Source: Candidatus Eiseniibacteriota bacterium (lineage in GTDB: Bacteria > Eisenbacteria > RBG-16-71-46 > JABDJR01). From it: a stretch of DNA of 64,000 nt. Below, in pieces: positions 20,010 to 30,274 of this stretch (positions are counted from its first letter, which is position 1; every line of letters begins with the position of its first letter). The stretch covers positions 32,001 to 96,000 of the forward strand of contig CAVXKA010000001.1 of assembly GCA_963762255.1 (NCBI GenBank), read 5' to 3'. A model generated the notes under the pieces. The model was not told the DNA's origin and searched no databases. It was given only the letters and a program-made list of their open reading frames with translations. The translations under genes were made by a program, and so were the position numbers.

Positions 20010-21386
20010 CTAAATCGAGGGTTCCTGCGCCGACGTGAAGCTCTCGAACCGGGTGTAGTCGGCGATGAAGGCCACCTTCACCACCCCCACCGGGCCGTTG
20101 CGCTGCTTGCCGATGATGATCTCGCCCATGCCCTCGTTCTCGTCGAGCCGCCGGTAGTGCTCTTCGCGGTAGACGAAGCAGACGAGGTCGGCGTCCTGCT
20201 CGATGGCGCCCGACTCGCGCAGGTCGCTCAGCATCGGCCGGTGATCGGTGCGCGCCTCCACCGCACGCGAGAGCTGGGAGAGCGCCAGCACCGGAACTTT
20301 AAGTTCCTTGGCCAGGGCCTTGAGACCCCGCGAGATCTCGCTGATCTCCTGCTGGCGGCTCTCGATCTTGCCGCTCCCACGCATGAGCTGCATGTAGTCG
20401 ACGACGATGAGGCCCAGGTCGCACTCGTTCTTGAGGCGGCGGGCCTTGGCCCTCATCTCGAGCACGCTCATCGACGCGGAGTCGTCGATGTAGATCGGGG
20501 CCTCGAAGAGTTCCCCCGCGGCGGTGTTGAGGAGGGGCCACTCCTTGCCCTGGAGGTATCCGGTCCGCAGCCGGTGCGCGCTCACGCGCGCCTCGCTGCA
20601 CAGGAGCCGCACCAGGAGCTGCTCCGTGGCCATTTCCAGACTGAAGATCCCCACGCCGCGTTTCCCGCGCAGCGCCACGTGCGAAGCGATGTTGAGCGCC
20701 AGCGAGGTCTTTCCCATCGACGGCCGGCCTGCGAGAACGATGAAGTCCCCGTTCTGGAAGCCGCTGGTCATGTGATCCAGGTCGACGAATCCGGTGGCGA
20801 GCCCGGTGACGGACGCCTTCTCCTCGTAGAGTTTCTCGATCCGCTTGATGGTGGAGGCCATCAAATCCTGGACGCGCACGAACCCCTTGCGCACCCGCGC
20901 GTCCGAGATGTCGAACATCGCGCGCTCGGCCTCGTCGAGCAGATCGGCCGCGTTGTCGCGACCGTCGAAAGCGCGGGAGGCCATCTCGGTCGAGACCTCG
21001 ATCAGCCGCCGCAGGATCGCCTTCTCTTTGATGATCTGGGCGTGGTACTCGACGTTTGCGGAGGTGGCGACCGTGTCCATGAGCCCGGCGAGGTACGTGG
21101 CGCCGCCCACCGACTCGAAGTCGCCCTGGCGACGCAGCTCGTCCGCCACCGTGATGGCGTCGATGGCGTCCTCCTTGCGCTGCCACAAGGTGACCAGAGC
21201 GTTGAAGATGCGCCGATGCGCGGGGCGATAGAACGCGCTCTCCTCGATCACCTCCAGCGCGCGGGCAAGAGCCTTCGAGTCGAGGAGCGCGGCCCCCAGC
21301 ACGGAGCGTTCGGCTTCGAGCGCCTGAGGTGGCACACGCAAGCCCTCGCCCATCGTGTCGCGCAGTTGACTATCGGTGGTGCTCAA
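20010..21386 (-). CDS. dnaB: Replicative DNA helicase (start TTG 21386 or ATG 21353)
   Basis: PPQALEAERSVLG, AGRPSMGKTS, VDYMQLM, LSQLSR, DLRESGAIEQDAD, KQRNGP. No intein seen. Confidence 0.97.
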   Translation of the reverse strand: MSTTDSQLRDTMGEGLRVPPQALEAERSVLGAALLDSKALARALEVIEESAFYRPAHRRIFNALVTLWQRKEDAIDAITVADELRRQGDFESVGGATYLAGLMDTVATSANVEYHAQIIKEKAILRRLIEVSTEMASRAFDGRDNAADLLDEAERAMFDISDARVRKGFVRVQDLMASTIKRIEKLYEEKASVTGLATGFVDLDHMTSGFQNGDFIVLAGRPSMGKTSLALNIASHVALRGKRGVGIFSLEMATEQLLVRLLCSEARVSAHRLRTGYLQGKEWPLLNTAAGELFEAPIYIDDSASMSVLEMRAKARRLKNECDLGLIVVDYMQLMRGSGKIESRQQEISEISRGLKALAKELKVPVLALSQLSRAVEARTDHRPMLSDLRESGAIEQDADLVCFVYREEHYRRLDENEGMGEIIIGKQRNGPVGVVKVAFIADYTRFESFTSAQEPSI

Positions 21387-21494
21387 GCGGAATCCCCCAT
21401 CTCCCCGCGACCTGCCGTTGGTGCGGGAACACCGCGCGAATCTAGAAGACGGGGGAAGGACTGACAAATGATAACCCCGACCGGTCGCGCGATG

Positions 21495-21760
21495 CGGGGG
21501 AAGGTTGTGGATAGGAGATGGTTGAAATCAGCGCGGGGCGGCGCGAGCCATCCCGGGCCCGATCCGTGAAGAATTGTCACCATCACTCCTTTTTCCACTT
21601 CTCCCCCACCGAATGGGGAAAACCCGCGCGGTGGGTCGGCACGGATTCTGGTTTTGGGGGCCGCTTCGTAACCGATTGAACTACAATACGTTAAGAACAA
21701 CGTGTTGCAGGGTCGCAGGCCGTCGCAACCACGGACTGCGGAAAACCCGGTGGATAATGG
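21495..21760. promoter_or_regulatory. Cluster of DnaA-box-like 9-mers upstream of dnaB
   Basis: TGTGGATAG 21506-14, TTTTCCACT 21591-99, TGGGGAAAA 21614-22, TGCGGAAAA 21737-45, GGTGGATAA 21749-57 versus consensus TT(A/T)TNCACA. Confidence 0.5.
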
Positions 21761-21847
21761 GGTTAGTGGACCGGGTTAACAAGGCGAGTCAGGCGCTCAG
21801 CTTTCGGCTCGGGCCCGGGCGCGACTGCAACATGTCCGCAATCTCTT

Positions 21848-22702
21848 TCAGCCCAAGTACTCGCGCCGCAGGAGCTGGAAGTCCTCCCACACGACCCGCT
21901 TCCAGTCCGGGTTTCGCAAGAGCGCCGCGGGGTGATACGTCGAGAGCACGGGGATGCGGTCCTGATACTTGAGGATCTTCCCTCGCAGGCTGCCCATCGG
22001 CGCGCCGAGCTGGCCGGTCAGGAAACCGGCGGCGAATCGCCCGAGCGCGCAGATGATCTTCGGGTTCACGAGTTCGATCTGCTCCGCGAGGAAAGGCGTG
22101 CACGCGGCGATCTCGTCGGGATGCGGATCGCGGTTGTTGGGCGGGCGGCACTTGAGAATGTTGGCGATGTAGATCTCGTCGCGACGAAACCCCGCCGCGT
22201 CAAGGATCTGATCGAGGAGCTTTCCCGCGCGGCCGACGAAGGGCTCGCCGAGGCGGTCTTCATCCGCGCCGGGCGCCTCGCCGATGAACATCACGCGGTT
22301 CCGAGCGCGGCCGCGGCCGAAGACGACCTGTGTGCGCGTCGCGCAGAGCCCGCACTTCTCGCACCTGGAGGCGATCGCGGCAAGTGCGCCGAGCTGCGCC
22401 ATGCGCGCTTCGAAGTCCGGGGCGGCGGGCTCGATCTCGATGACCGAGAGCTTCTTGCCGCGGCTCTCCGCGGGGACGGCCGGCTGGGACGCCGCCGCGG
22501 CTTTCGCCGGGGCCGCGGGTCGCGCCGGGGCCGCGGGTCGCGCCGCCGCCGCGGGCCTTGCCGTACCCTCGACACGCGGGCGATCGAGCGCCTCGCGCAG
22601 CCCGGCCGAAGTCAGGTGCGTGCGGCCGCGATCCTTCTCGCGCTGCACGTGCGCGCAGAGCTCAGCGCTGAGCGCCGCGAGCTCGTCGCGTGGGTCGCTC
22701 AC
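21848..22702 (-). CDS. Uracil-DNA glycosylase family 4
   Basis: [48 protein letters not shown]. Confidence 0.95.
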   Translation of the reverse strand: MSDPRDELAALSAELCAHVQREKDRGRTHLTSAGLREALDRPRVEGTARPAAAARPAAPARPAAPAKAAAASQPAVPAESRGKKLSVIEIEPAAPDFEARMAQLGALAAIASRCEKCGLCATRTQVVFGRGRARNRVMFIGEAPGADEDRLGEPFVGRAGKLLDQILDAAGFRRDEIYIANILKCRPPNNRDPHPDEIAACTPFLAEQIELVNPKIICALGRFAAGFLTGQLGAPMGSLRGKILKYQDRIPVLSTYHPAALLRNPDWKRVVWEDFQLLRREYLG

Positions 22703-23942
22703 TGGGCGTCCTCCGAGGGGTCACGCTACGCCGCGCGACCACCCAATCGAGAATGCGTTGCGCCACTTCGCGCTTGGGCAGCACGGGCAGCCGCCGCCCC
22801 GTCTTGCCGCGCTCGAGAAGCCACACCACATTGGTGTCGCCGCCGATCGCCGCGCCCGGCACATTGGGGTTGTTGACCACGATGAGGTCGACGTTCTTGC
22901 GCTCGAGCTTCTCGCGTCCCTTCTCCTGCGGGTTCTCCGTTTCGAGGGCGAACCCGACCAGGATCTGCCCTTCGCGCCGCTGTCCGGCGAGCGCGGTCAG
23001 GATGTCGGGGTTCGCCTTGAGCGTCAGGTCGAGATCGCCCTTTCCGCGGTGGAGCTTGGTCGGGCTGACCTTCGCGGCGCGGAAGTCACCCACCGCGGCC
23101 GCCATCACCAGCACGTCGCACTCGGCAAAGAGCCGTTCGGCGGCGTCCGCGAGCTCGACCGCACTGCCGATGCGCTCGACGGAGACGCCCTCGGGGGGCG
23201 GCACGTCCATCGGCCCGGCCAGCAACGTCACATGAGCGCCTCGGGCCAGCGCCTCCTCGGCCAGCGCCACACCCATCTTGCCGCTCGATCGATTCGTGAT
23301 GACGCGCACCGAGTCCAACGGCTCCTCGGTGCGGCCCGCCGTGACGAGCACGCGCACGCCGGCCAGATCCTGCGGCGAACCGACCAACTCTACCACGCGG
23401 CCGAGAATCGCAGCCGGATCGGCCATGCGCCCGACCCCGTACTCGCGGCAGGCCATCCATCCTTCTTCGGGGTCGACGACCTGATGGCCGAGGCGGCGCA
23501 GCCGCGCGAGGTTGTCCTGCGTGATCGGGTTCTTCCACATGCGATGGTTCATGGCCGGAGCCCAGAGGATCTCGGTTCCCGCCGCCACGAGCACCGTGCT
23601 CAGGGCGTCGTCGGCGAGACCCCACGCGGCTTTCGCAAGCGTGTTGGCGGTGGCGGGAGCGACCACCACGAGGTCCGCATCCTTGACGATCTCGATGTGA
23701 TCGACGCCGGTGTCGTCGCTCTCACCGGTGGGCGCGCCGTCGCCGGCCCAGAGCGAGGTCAGCACCGGGTGCCCGGAAAGGGCGCGAAAGGTGAGCGGAG
23801 CGACGAAGCGCGCGGCCGCCGGCGTCATCACCACGCGCACGTCGGCGCCTTCCTGCATGAGCAGGCGCAGCAGCTCCGCCGCCTTGTACGCGGCGATCCC
23901 CCCGGTGACTCCGAGCACGATTCGTTTTCCCTTGAGCTTCAT
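22662..23942 (-). CDS. coaBC: Phosphopantothenoylcysteine decarboxylase/ligase
   Basis: [39 protein letters not shown]. Confidence 0.97.
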   Translation of the reverse strand: MKLKGKRIVLGVTGGIAAYKAAELLRLLMQEGADVRVVMTPAAARFVAPLTFRALSGHPVLTSLWAGDGAPTGESDDTGVDHIEIVKDADLVVVAPATANTLAKAAWGLADDALSTVLVAAGTEILWAPAMNHRMWKNPITQDNLARLRRLGHQVVDPEEGWMACREYGVGRMADPAAILGRVVELVGSPQDLAGVRVLVTAGRTEEPLDSVRVITNRSSGKMGVALAEEALARGAHVTLLAGPMDVPPPEGVSVERIGSAVELADAAERLFAECDVLVMAAAVGDFRAAKVSPTKLHRGKGDLDLTLKANPDILTALAGQRREGQILVGFALETENPQEKGREKLERKNVDLIVVNNPNVPGAAIGGDTNVVWLLERGKTGRRLPVLPKREVAQRILDWVVARRSVTPRRTPSERPTRRARGAQR

Positions 23943-24009
23943 GGCTTTCGTCCCGCCTCCGTTTCCGTTCGGCGCTCCGGGCGCCCCGACGAGCGCGCCC
24001 CACCCTCAT

Positions 24010-24045
24010 AAAATAGCAAAAGGCCGGAGGGTTCACCTCCGGCCT
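24010..24045 (-). terminator. Intrinsic terminator after rpoZ
   Basis: Stem AGGCCGGAGG/CCTCCGGCCT followed on the minus strand by TTTGCTATTTT. Confidence 0.75.
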
Positions 24046-24077
24046 CGATCCGGCGCGCGAGGCGTCCGGCAAAGGGA

Positions 24078-24299
24078 TCAACCTTCGGAGTCGCCCATGT
24101 CCTCGCCGAAGGGGAGTTCAGGGGCGGTGGGCGCCTCGGGCCCCGCCTCTTCCCACGTGTACTTGATCTTGCCGTCGTGCAGGCGCTCCCAGGCGAGAAG
24201 GGTGGGGCGGCGCTTGAGTTCCCGCCCGTAGCTGCGGGCCACGTCGTTCAGGCGGCGCGCCTCGCGGGAGGCGATGACGACCATCTCGTATTTGTTCAT
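24078..24299 (-). CDS. rpoZ: RNA polymerase omega subunit
   Basis: NKYEMVVIASREARRLN...RRPTLLAWERL; canonical gmk-rpoZ-coaBC order. Confidence 0.85.
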   Translation of the reverse strand: MNKYEMVVIASREARRLNDVARSYGRELKRRPTLLAWERLHDGKIKYTWEEAGPEAPTAPELPFGEDMGDSEG

Positions 24300-24371
24300 C
24301 CGTGTCGAACCTCCGGTGGCTCGCGCGAGGAGATGCGCCGGGCCAGCGTGAAGGGAAAAATGCGGCCCAGT

Positions 24372-24401
24372 ACTGTAGCAGGAGTGGGGACTCCGAGGCA
24401 A
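24372..24401 (-). promoter_or_regulatory. sigma70-type promoter for rpoZ
   Basis: TTGCCT-N18-TACAGT with extended TG before the -10. Confidence 0.5.
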
Positions 24402-24448
24402 GCGATACGGCAGGGGGGAACGGAGTCCGACCGCTCCGACGGTAACTT

Positions 24449-25081
24449 CTATCCCCGCCCCTGGATGAGCCTCGCCACCCGCCCGCGCTCGGCCCGGATC
24501 ATGGCCGCCACGTCGCGTACGGCGCGCTGCAGGACGTCGTTGACCACGACGAAGTCATAGTGCCGCCACTCGGCCAGCTCGCGCGAGGCGTTGGCCAACC
24601 GCACCCGCATCTCGGCTTCGCTGTCGACCGCGCGCCCGCGCAGGCGCGCTTCCAGCGCGGCCATCGTGGGGGGCGCCACCAGCACCAGCACCGACTCCGG
24701 CATGAGGCGCTTCACGGAGTGACCGCCCTGCACGTCCACGTTCAGGATCGGGCACTTCCCCACCGCGAGCAACTCTTCGATGCGCGCACGCGGGGTGCCG
24801 TAGCGATGACCGTGCACCTCGGCCCATTCCAGAAAGTGGCCCTCCCGCACGCCCTCGTCGAACCGCTCCTCGGACCAGAAGTAGTAGTCCACACCGTCGT
24901 GCTCGTCGCCGCGCAACGGCCTCGTGGTGGCCGACACCGAACGCACCAGCGACGGATCGTCCGCGAGAAGGCCCTCGCAGATCACGCTCTTCCCCACCCC
25001 GCTCGGGCCGGAAATCACGATGACGAAAGGCGGGGCGGGCGGGATGCCGAGATGCGAGACGGGTTCGTGGGTGCTGGCCAT
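24449..25081 (-). CDS. gmk: Guanylate kinase
   Basis: SGPSGVGKS, SVSATTRP.R..E.DGVDY, FLEWAEVHG..YGT. Confidence 0.97.
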   Translation of the reverse strand: MASTHEPVSHLGIPPAPPFVIVISGPSGVGKSVICEGLLADDPSLVRSVSATTRPLRGDEHDGVDYYFWSEERFDEGVREGHFLEWAEVHGHRYGTPRARIEELLAVGKCPILNVDVQGGHSVKRLMPESVLVLVAPPTMAALEARLRGRAVDSEAEMRVRLANASRELAEWRHYDFVVVNDVLQRAVRDVAAMIRAERGRVARLIQGRG

Positions 25082-25090
25082 GGCGCCCCG

Positions 25091-25972
25091 CTACTCGATG
25101 TTCTGAACTTGCTCGCGGACGATTTCGATCTCTTCCTTGAGCTGGATCGTGTCGCGAGCGATGGATGCGTCGTTGGCCTTGGAGCCGATCGTATTGGCCT
25201 CGCGGTTCATCTCCTGGGTGAGGAAGTTGAACTTGCGACCGACCGGGCCTCCCTCGCGGAGCAGCGCCTCGAACTGATCGATGTGCGAGCGCAACCGCAC
25301 GCACTCCTCGGTGCAGTCCATGCGATCCGCCTGGATCGCCGCTTCGATCAGGAGCCGGTCCTCGTCCACTTCGGCCTCGCCCTTCAGGATCTCGGCCACG
25401 CGCTGACGCATCCGCTCCTTCGCCTCGCGCACCCGCTCGGGGGCGCGGGTCTCCACCGAGGCCACCGCCGCTCGCATGCGCTCGAGGCGAGCGGTGAACT
25501 CCCTGGTGAGGGACTCCCCCTCCACCTCGCGCATCACGATGAGATCCTTGACCGCGCGGTCCACGCCGTCACGCAACAGGCTCCAGGCCTCTTTCGCGTC
25601 GAGATCGGGTTCGTTCCACACGAACACGTCGGGGAGCGAGGTGATCTGACCGAGGGTGACCGCCTCGCGGAAGCCGAACTTGCCGCGCAGCTCCTGCAGG
25701 ATGTCCACGTAGCGCTGCGCGAGATCGAAGTTGACCGAGAGAACGCCGCCTTCCTCGCTCGCCCCTTTCCACGAGACGGTGAGGTTGATCTTGCCGCGGG
25801 AGAGCATCTCCTGAAGGTGGGAGCGGAGCTTGTCCTCATGAGCTTGCAAGCCGCGGGGTAACCGCGAGGACAGCTCGAGGAATCGGTGGTTCACCGAGCG
25901 TACTTCGGCCACCAGGACGCGGCCGTTGCGCTCGACCTCGGCGCGGCCGAAGCCGGTCATGCTGCGGATCAC
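25091..25972 (-). CDS. yicC: YicC/YloC family endoribonuclease
   Basis: IRSMTGFGR, EVRSVNHRFLE, GRKFNFLTQEMNREANTIGSK, REQVQNIE. Confidence 0.96.
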   Translation of the reverse strand: MIRSMTGFGRAEVERNGRVLVAEVRSVNHRFLELSSRLPRGLQAHEDKLRSHLQEMLSRGKINLTVSWKGASEEGGVLSVNFDLAQRYVDILQELRGKFGFREAVTLGQITSLPDVFVWNEPDLDAKEAWSLLRDGVDRAVKDLIVMREVEGESLTREFTARLERMRAAVASVETRAPERVREAKERMRQRVAEILKGEAEVDEDRLLIEAAIQADRMDCTEECVRLRSHIDQFEALLREGGPVGRKFNFLTQEMNREANTIGSKANDASIARDTIQLKEEIEIVREQVQNIE

Positions 25973-25997
25973 GGAACCTCCTTATGTGGGTTCCGAA

Positions 25998-26026
25998 AAG
26001 CTACGCGGCCCCGCCGATCCTGTCAA
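25998..26026 (-). promoter_or_regulatory. sigma70-type promoter for yicC-gmk
   Basis: TTGACA-N17-TAGCTT, followed by RBS AAGGAGGT. Confidence 0.65.
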
Positions 26027-26053
26027 ACGAGGGGTTTGCTAGACTCTGTCCGC

Positions 26054-27805
26054 ATGAACAGTCTCGTATTGCGCGCCGTGGCGGCGGAGCTCCATCCCTA
26101 CCGCGGTCTTCGCGTCGAACGCATCGCCGCCGCCGATCCGTGGGAGTTCCACATCGTCCTCGAGAAGGGCGCGGTGCTGGTGGCGTGCGTGCATCCGGAG
26201 CACAACGCGCTCTTTCCCGCGCCGTCCGACGCGGTCCCCGCCGAGGCCTCGGCGGGGTTCACGCACGCATTGCACAAGTTCCTGGACGGCTGCCGGTTCG
26301 CCGGTGCGACGCAGGCCGGATTGGACCGCGTGATCGCACTCGCCTTCGAGCGGCGCGACCGACTCGGGGATGCCAAGCTCTGCCACCTGGTGCTGGAGCT
26401 CACCGGCAAGGGAGGCAATCTCGTGCTGGTGGACGGTCCGGAACCGTGGTCGGGCAAGATCCTCGATCGTTTGCGCGAGGAGCGATCGCATCGCTCCCCT
26501 CGCCGACTTGCTCCGGGTGAGCGCTACGCGCCACCGGCCGGACGTCGCGCCGACGCCGCGAAGGACGACGCCGAACATCTCGCGGCCGCGCTCGCCGAAT
26601 CGTTCAAGACTCGCGGTGCTTCGCCGCGCGCGCTGGTGGACGCGTGGGTCGGCCTGGGGCCGATCACCGCGGAGGAGGTCTGGAGGCTGGCCGGCGCTTC
26701 GACCGATCCCGAGCTTCTCGCGCGGACCTGGCTCGCGTTTGCGCGCGACACCGCGCCCGGAGGGCCGCGTTTCCAGCCCGTCGTGATCGCGCCGTCCGAC
26801 GGACGCGCGGAAGCGTCCTGCTTTCGGCCGAGCGAAGCAACGCAGCATGCCCTGGGGCTCACGATCGGGCACGAATACCCCACCGCGGCCGCTGCGGTGG
26901 CCGCGTCGCATCGCGCGTTTCGCCGGCGCGTCGAGGGCGAGACGCACGCACCGCTCCTGCGTCCGGTGCGCCAGGCGGTGGAGCGCACCGAGCGCGCGAT
27001 CGTCTCGCTGGATGCGGACGTGAGTGACGCAGCGAATGCCCCGCTCTGGCGGCGCATGGGCGAGGCGATCCTCGCTTCCACGCAATCGCTCCCGCGGGGA
27101 ACGACGCAGGCGTCGGTCACCGATCACCACAGCGGAGAAACGCTGGAGGTCGCGCTCGACCCCTCGCTGAGCGCGAACGAAAACGCCGATCGCTATTTTC
27201 AGCGCGCGCGCAAGGCGGATGCGGCGCAGGGCCAGCTTCCCCGGCGCCGGCGCGAACTCGAGAAGCGATTGGAGGCTCTGCGGGGTCTGGCCCGCGATCT
27301 CGACGCGGCGCCCGGCGGCGTGCCCGATCGCGAGTGGGTGGAGCGCGCGGGGAACCTCGGCGTGAAGCTCCCCGAGGAGGAGATCCCGGCCTTCGAGGAC
27401 GCGCAGCCCGAAGAAAAGGTCGCCTCCGCGCTACGCCCCCGGCGCTACGATCTGGGCGACGGGTGGGAAGCGCTGGTGGGCAAGAGCAACCGGGGAAACG
27501 AGGTGCTCACCCACGAGATCGCCAAGCCGCAAGACACGTGGATGCACGCGGACCAGTCGCCGGGTTCCCACGTGGTGCTCCGCCATCACGAGAAGGGCAG
27601 GGAGCCGACGCGGGACGTGGTGCTACGAGCGGCTGCGATCGCGGCCCACTTTTCGAAGGCGCGCACCTCGGGCAAGGTCTCGATCCTCGTAACGCTCAAG
27701 AAGCACGTACACAAGCCGCGCCGCGCGCCGGTGGGCACGGTCACGGTAGGACAGCACAAGACGGTCATGGTCTCGCCCATGGATCCGGACAAGAGGAAGG
27801 GATGA
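26054..27805 (+). CDS. NFACT/RqcH (Rqc2/FbpA) family ribosome quality control protein
   Basis: LDRVIALAF, LELTGKGGNLVL, LDPSLSANENADRYF.RARK, VGKSNRGNE.LT, WMHADQSPGSHVVL. Confidence 0.92.
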   Translation: MNSLVLRAVAAELHPYRGLRVERIAAADPWEFHIVLEKGAVLVACVHPEHNALFPAPSDAVPAEASAGFTHALHKFLDGCRFAGATQAGLDRVIALAFERRDRLGDAKLCHLVLELTGKGGNLVLVDGPEPWSGKILDRLREERSHRSPRRLAPGERYAPPAGRRADAAKDDAEHLAAALAESFKTRGASPRALVDAWVGLGPITAEEVWRLAGASTDPELLARTWLAFARDTAPGGPRFQPVVIAPSDGRAEASCFRPSEATQHALGLTIGHEYPTAAAAVAASHRAFRRRVEGETHAPLLRPVRQAVERTERAIVSLDADVSDAANAPLWRRMGEAILASTQSLPRGTTQASVTDHHSGETLEVALDPSLSANENADRYFQRARKADAAQGQLPRRRRELEKRLEALRGLARDLDAAPGGVPDREWVERAGNLGVKLPEEEIPAFEDAQPEEKVASALRPRRYDLGDGWEALVGKSNRGNEVLTHEIAKPQDTWMHADQSPGSHVVLRHHEKGREPTRDVVLRAAAIAAHFSKARTSGKVSILVTLKKHVHKPRRAPVGTVTVGQHKTVMVSPMDPDKRKG

Positions 27806-29217
27806 GCATGAATGCCCGCACCCTCGGATGCGCTCTGATGCTGGCCGCTGCAGCGGGCTGCGGGGGCGACGGTCCGACCTCGAGCAAGAACCGCCCTCCG
27901 GAGATCCGCGACGTGGTGGTGGCCCCGCAATCGGTCGTCCTGGGCGGTCAGGTTCGGGCAACCGTGCTCACAGCGGATCCGAACGGAGACCCGGTGACCG
28001 TGCTCTGGCGCGCGGCGGCGGGCACCTTCGACAACACCGCCGTCGTCTCGGCAGTGTGGTCCGCTCCTGAAGTGCCGGGCGACTACTCCCTGATCGTCAC
28101 GGCTGCCGACGCGGAGTTCACCGTCACCGACTCCGTCTTGGTGCAGGTGGGTAACTCATCGCTGGTGGTGCTCTCCGAGCCCCCCGGCGCCTTCATCGAA
28201 CTGGACGGCCAGCCGCTGGGCGCGCGCACGCCGCACCGTTTCCCGCTGATCGCCGCGGGGTTCCATACGATCCGGCTGACCAACCCGTATTACGAGTACG
28301 ATCGTGCCGGGATCTCGTTGGAACTCGTGCACGGACGCGAGGACAGCGTTCGTTTCGAGACCGCTGCCGCCGCGACCTCGACTCTCAATCTTGGCCGCAC
28401 GGACCTTATCGAGATCGGCGGCATCGCCTTCCTCCCGGGAGGAACCGGGCTCATCTACACGGGCCGCACGGAGTCCGGCACCGGGATCTTCAATACCACC
28501 CTGAGCCCGGTTCCCAAGCCCGGCAACGGCGCGCTCCTCATCGCCGACGTGCGGCTGAACGAGCCGCTGGCGGTCTCTCCCGACGGCACCCGGATCGTGT
28601 TCGTGCTGGCGGACGGTCGTCTCGCGGTCGCGCGCGTCCGCGACGACCAGAGCGACGGGATCCTGGACGAGGTCGCCGACATCCGGCTCCTCGATTTCAG
28701 CTCGCGGTACGGGCCCGCGTTCTCCTCCGACGGCCGCATCGCGTTCACGAGCACACCGTCGGACGAACCGGCGGGAGCGCCCATCTTCTGGAGCACGTTC
28801 CAGGACACCGTGCTCTCGGGGATTCGTCTGGCCACCACGACCGTGGGGAAGATCCCGACATGGGAACCCGACTCCGATCGTCTCGCCTACGCACGCGACG
28901 GCGTCATCGTGTACACGTCGGTGGACGAGTCGGCGCTCTCGCCTTCGGACACGCTGGTTGCGGACGGCTATAGCACCGCGCCGGCTTGGGGTCCGTACGG
29001 TCCCAAGCACGTTGCGTTCCTTGCGGGCGAATCCGAGGATCAGGTCCACAAAGTGCGCTTGGCCGCCGTCGGCACGCCCTACGCGCTCACGCTGGTGGAG
29101 GGTATCGATGACCCGCGGTTTCTAGCCTGGAGCCCGACGCAACGCATGATCGCGCTCACGCGAAACCGCGCCGGACACGGCGAAGTGGTCCTGATCTCGG
29201 GGCTGCCGATTCCCTAG
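27802..29217 (+). CDS. Lipoprotein with Ig/PKD-like, PEGA and TolB-like propeller domains
   Basis: Lipobox LAAAAGC; NRPP..., DPNGD; SEPPGAFIELDG...TP (PEGA); SPDGTRIVF, PAFSSDGRIAF, PAW repeats. Confidence 0.75.
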   Translation: MSMNARTLGCALMLAAAAGCGGDGPTSSKNRPPEIRDVVVAPQSVVLGGQVRATVLTADPNGDPVTVLWRAAAGTFDNTAVVSAVWSAPEVPGDYSLIVTAADAEFTVTDSVLVQVGNSSLVVLSEPPGAFIELDGQPLGARTPHRFPLIAAGFHTIRLTNPYYEYDRAGISLELVHGREDSVRFETAAAATSTLNLGRTDLIEIGGIAFLPGGTGLIYTGRTESGTGIFNTTLSPVPKPGNGALLIADVRLNEPLAVSPDGTRIVFVLADGRLAVARVRDDQSDGILDEVADIRLLDFSSRYGPAFSSDGRIAFTSTPSDEPAGAPIFWSTFQDTVLSGIRLATTTVGKIPTWEPDSDRLAYARDGVIVYTSVDESALSPSDTLVADGYSTAPAWGPYGPKHVAFLAGESEDQVHKVRLAAVGTPYALTLVEGIDDPRFLAWSPTQRMIALTRNRAGHGEVVLISGLPIP

Positions 29218-29226
29218 CGCGCGGAC

Positions 29227-30243
29227 CTACGCGTTTCGGAAGGTCAGATACTCTTCGACGTCTTCCGTGCTCCCGATCACGAGCGGGATGCGCTGGTGGA
29301 GTTGCACCGGTTCGACGTCCATGATGCGACCCTGCCCGTCCAGCGCCATCCCTCCCGCCTGCTCCACGATCCAGGCCAGTGGCGACGCTTCGTAGAGGAG
29401 CCGCAGCTTCCCCTGGGGATGCTTGCGGTCGGCGGGGTAGAGATAGATGCCGCCGTAGAGCAGGGTGCGGTGGAAGTCGGCGACGAGGCTGCCGATGTAG
29501 CGCGACTTGTAGGGATGCCCCTTGTCGTCCTCGCTCCGCAGATGCTCGATGTAACGTTGCGTTCCCTTGTCCCAGCGGGCGAAGTTCCCCTCGTTGACAC
29601 TGTAGATGCTCCCCCGCGAGGGGATGCGGATGGTTTCGTGGCTCATCAGGAACTCACCCACGCTCGGGTCGTACGTGAACCCGTGCACGCCCTGGCCGGT
29701 GGTATAGACCAGCATCGTGCTGGACCCGTAGACGAAGTACCCGGCGCAGACCTGCTTGCGGCCCGGCTGCATGCAGTCGCGTTCCGACCCGTTTCCATCG
29801 CCCGGGGTGACGCGCTTGTGGATCGAGAAGATCGTCCCGATCGAGACGTTGGCGTCGATGTTGGACGACCCGTCCAGCGGGTCGAAGTTCAGCGCGTACT
29901 TCCCGCAGGGGTACTGATCCGGGATGTGGAGGATCGCCTCGTTCTCCTCCGACGCCATGACGCACAGAAGCCCGCAGTGATCGAGGGCCTGGAACATGGC
30001 GCGGTCGGCGAACTCGTCGAGCTTCATCACCTCCTCGCCCTGGATGTTCACCTGCCCGGTCTTGCCGAGCACTTCGAGGAGTCCCGCCTTGCTCACCTCG
30101 CGGTAGATGAGCTTGGCGGCCAGGATGATCTCGCTGAGCAGGTTCGACAGCTCGCCGGTCGCCTGCGGGTACAGGCGCTCCTGTTCCATGATGTATCGGG
30201 CGACGGTTACGACTTTCCCTTGCATCTCGCGAGAGAGCGCCAT
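29227..30243 (-). CDS. fbp: Class 1 fructose-1,6-bisphosphatase
   Basis: ASEE, FDPLDGSSNIDANVSIGTIFSI, RYIGSLVADFHRTL, GKLRLLYEASP. Confidence 0.97.
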   Translation of the reverse strand: MALSREMQGKVVTVARYIMEQERLYPQATGELSNLLSEIILAAKLIYREVSKAGLLEVLGKTGQVNIQGEEVMKLDEFADRAMFQALDHCGLLCVMASEENEAILHIPDQYPCGKYALNFDPLDGSSNIDANVSIGTIFSIHKRVTPGDGNGSERDCMQPGRKQVCAGYFVYGSSTMLVYTTGQGVHGFTYDPSVGEFLMSHETIRIPSRGSIYSVNEGNFARWDKGTQRYIEHLRSEDDKGHPYKSRYIGSLVADFHRTLLYGGIYLYPADRKHPQGKLRLLYEASPLAWIVEQAGGMALDGQGRIMDVEPVQLHQRIPLVIGSTEDVEEYLTFRNA

Positions 30244-30274
30244 GGGGATCCTCCTGGCCGCCTCGGCCAACCGG

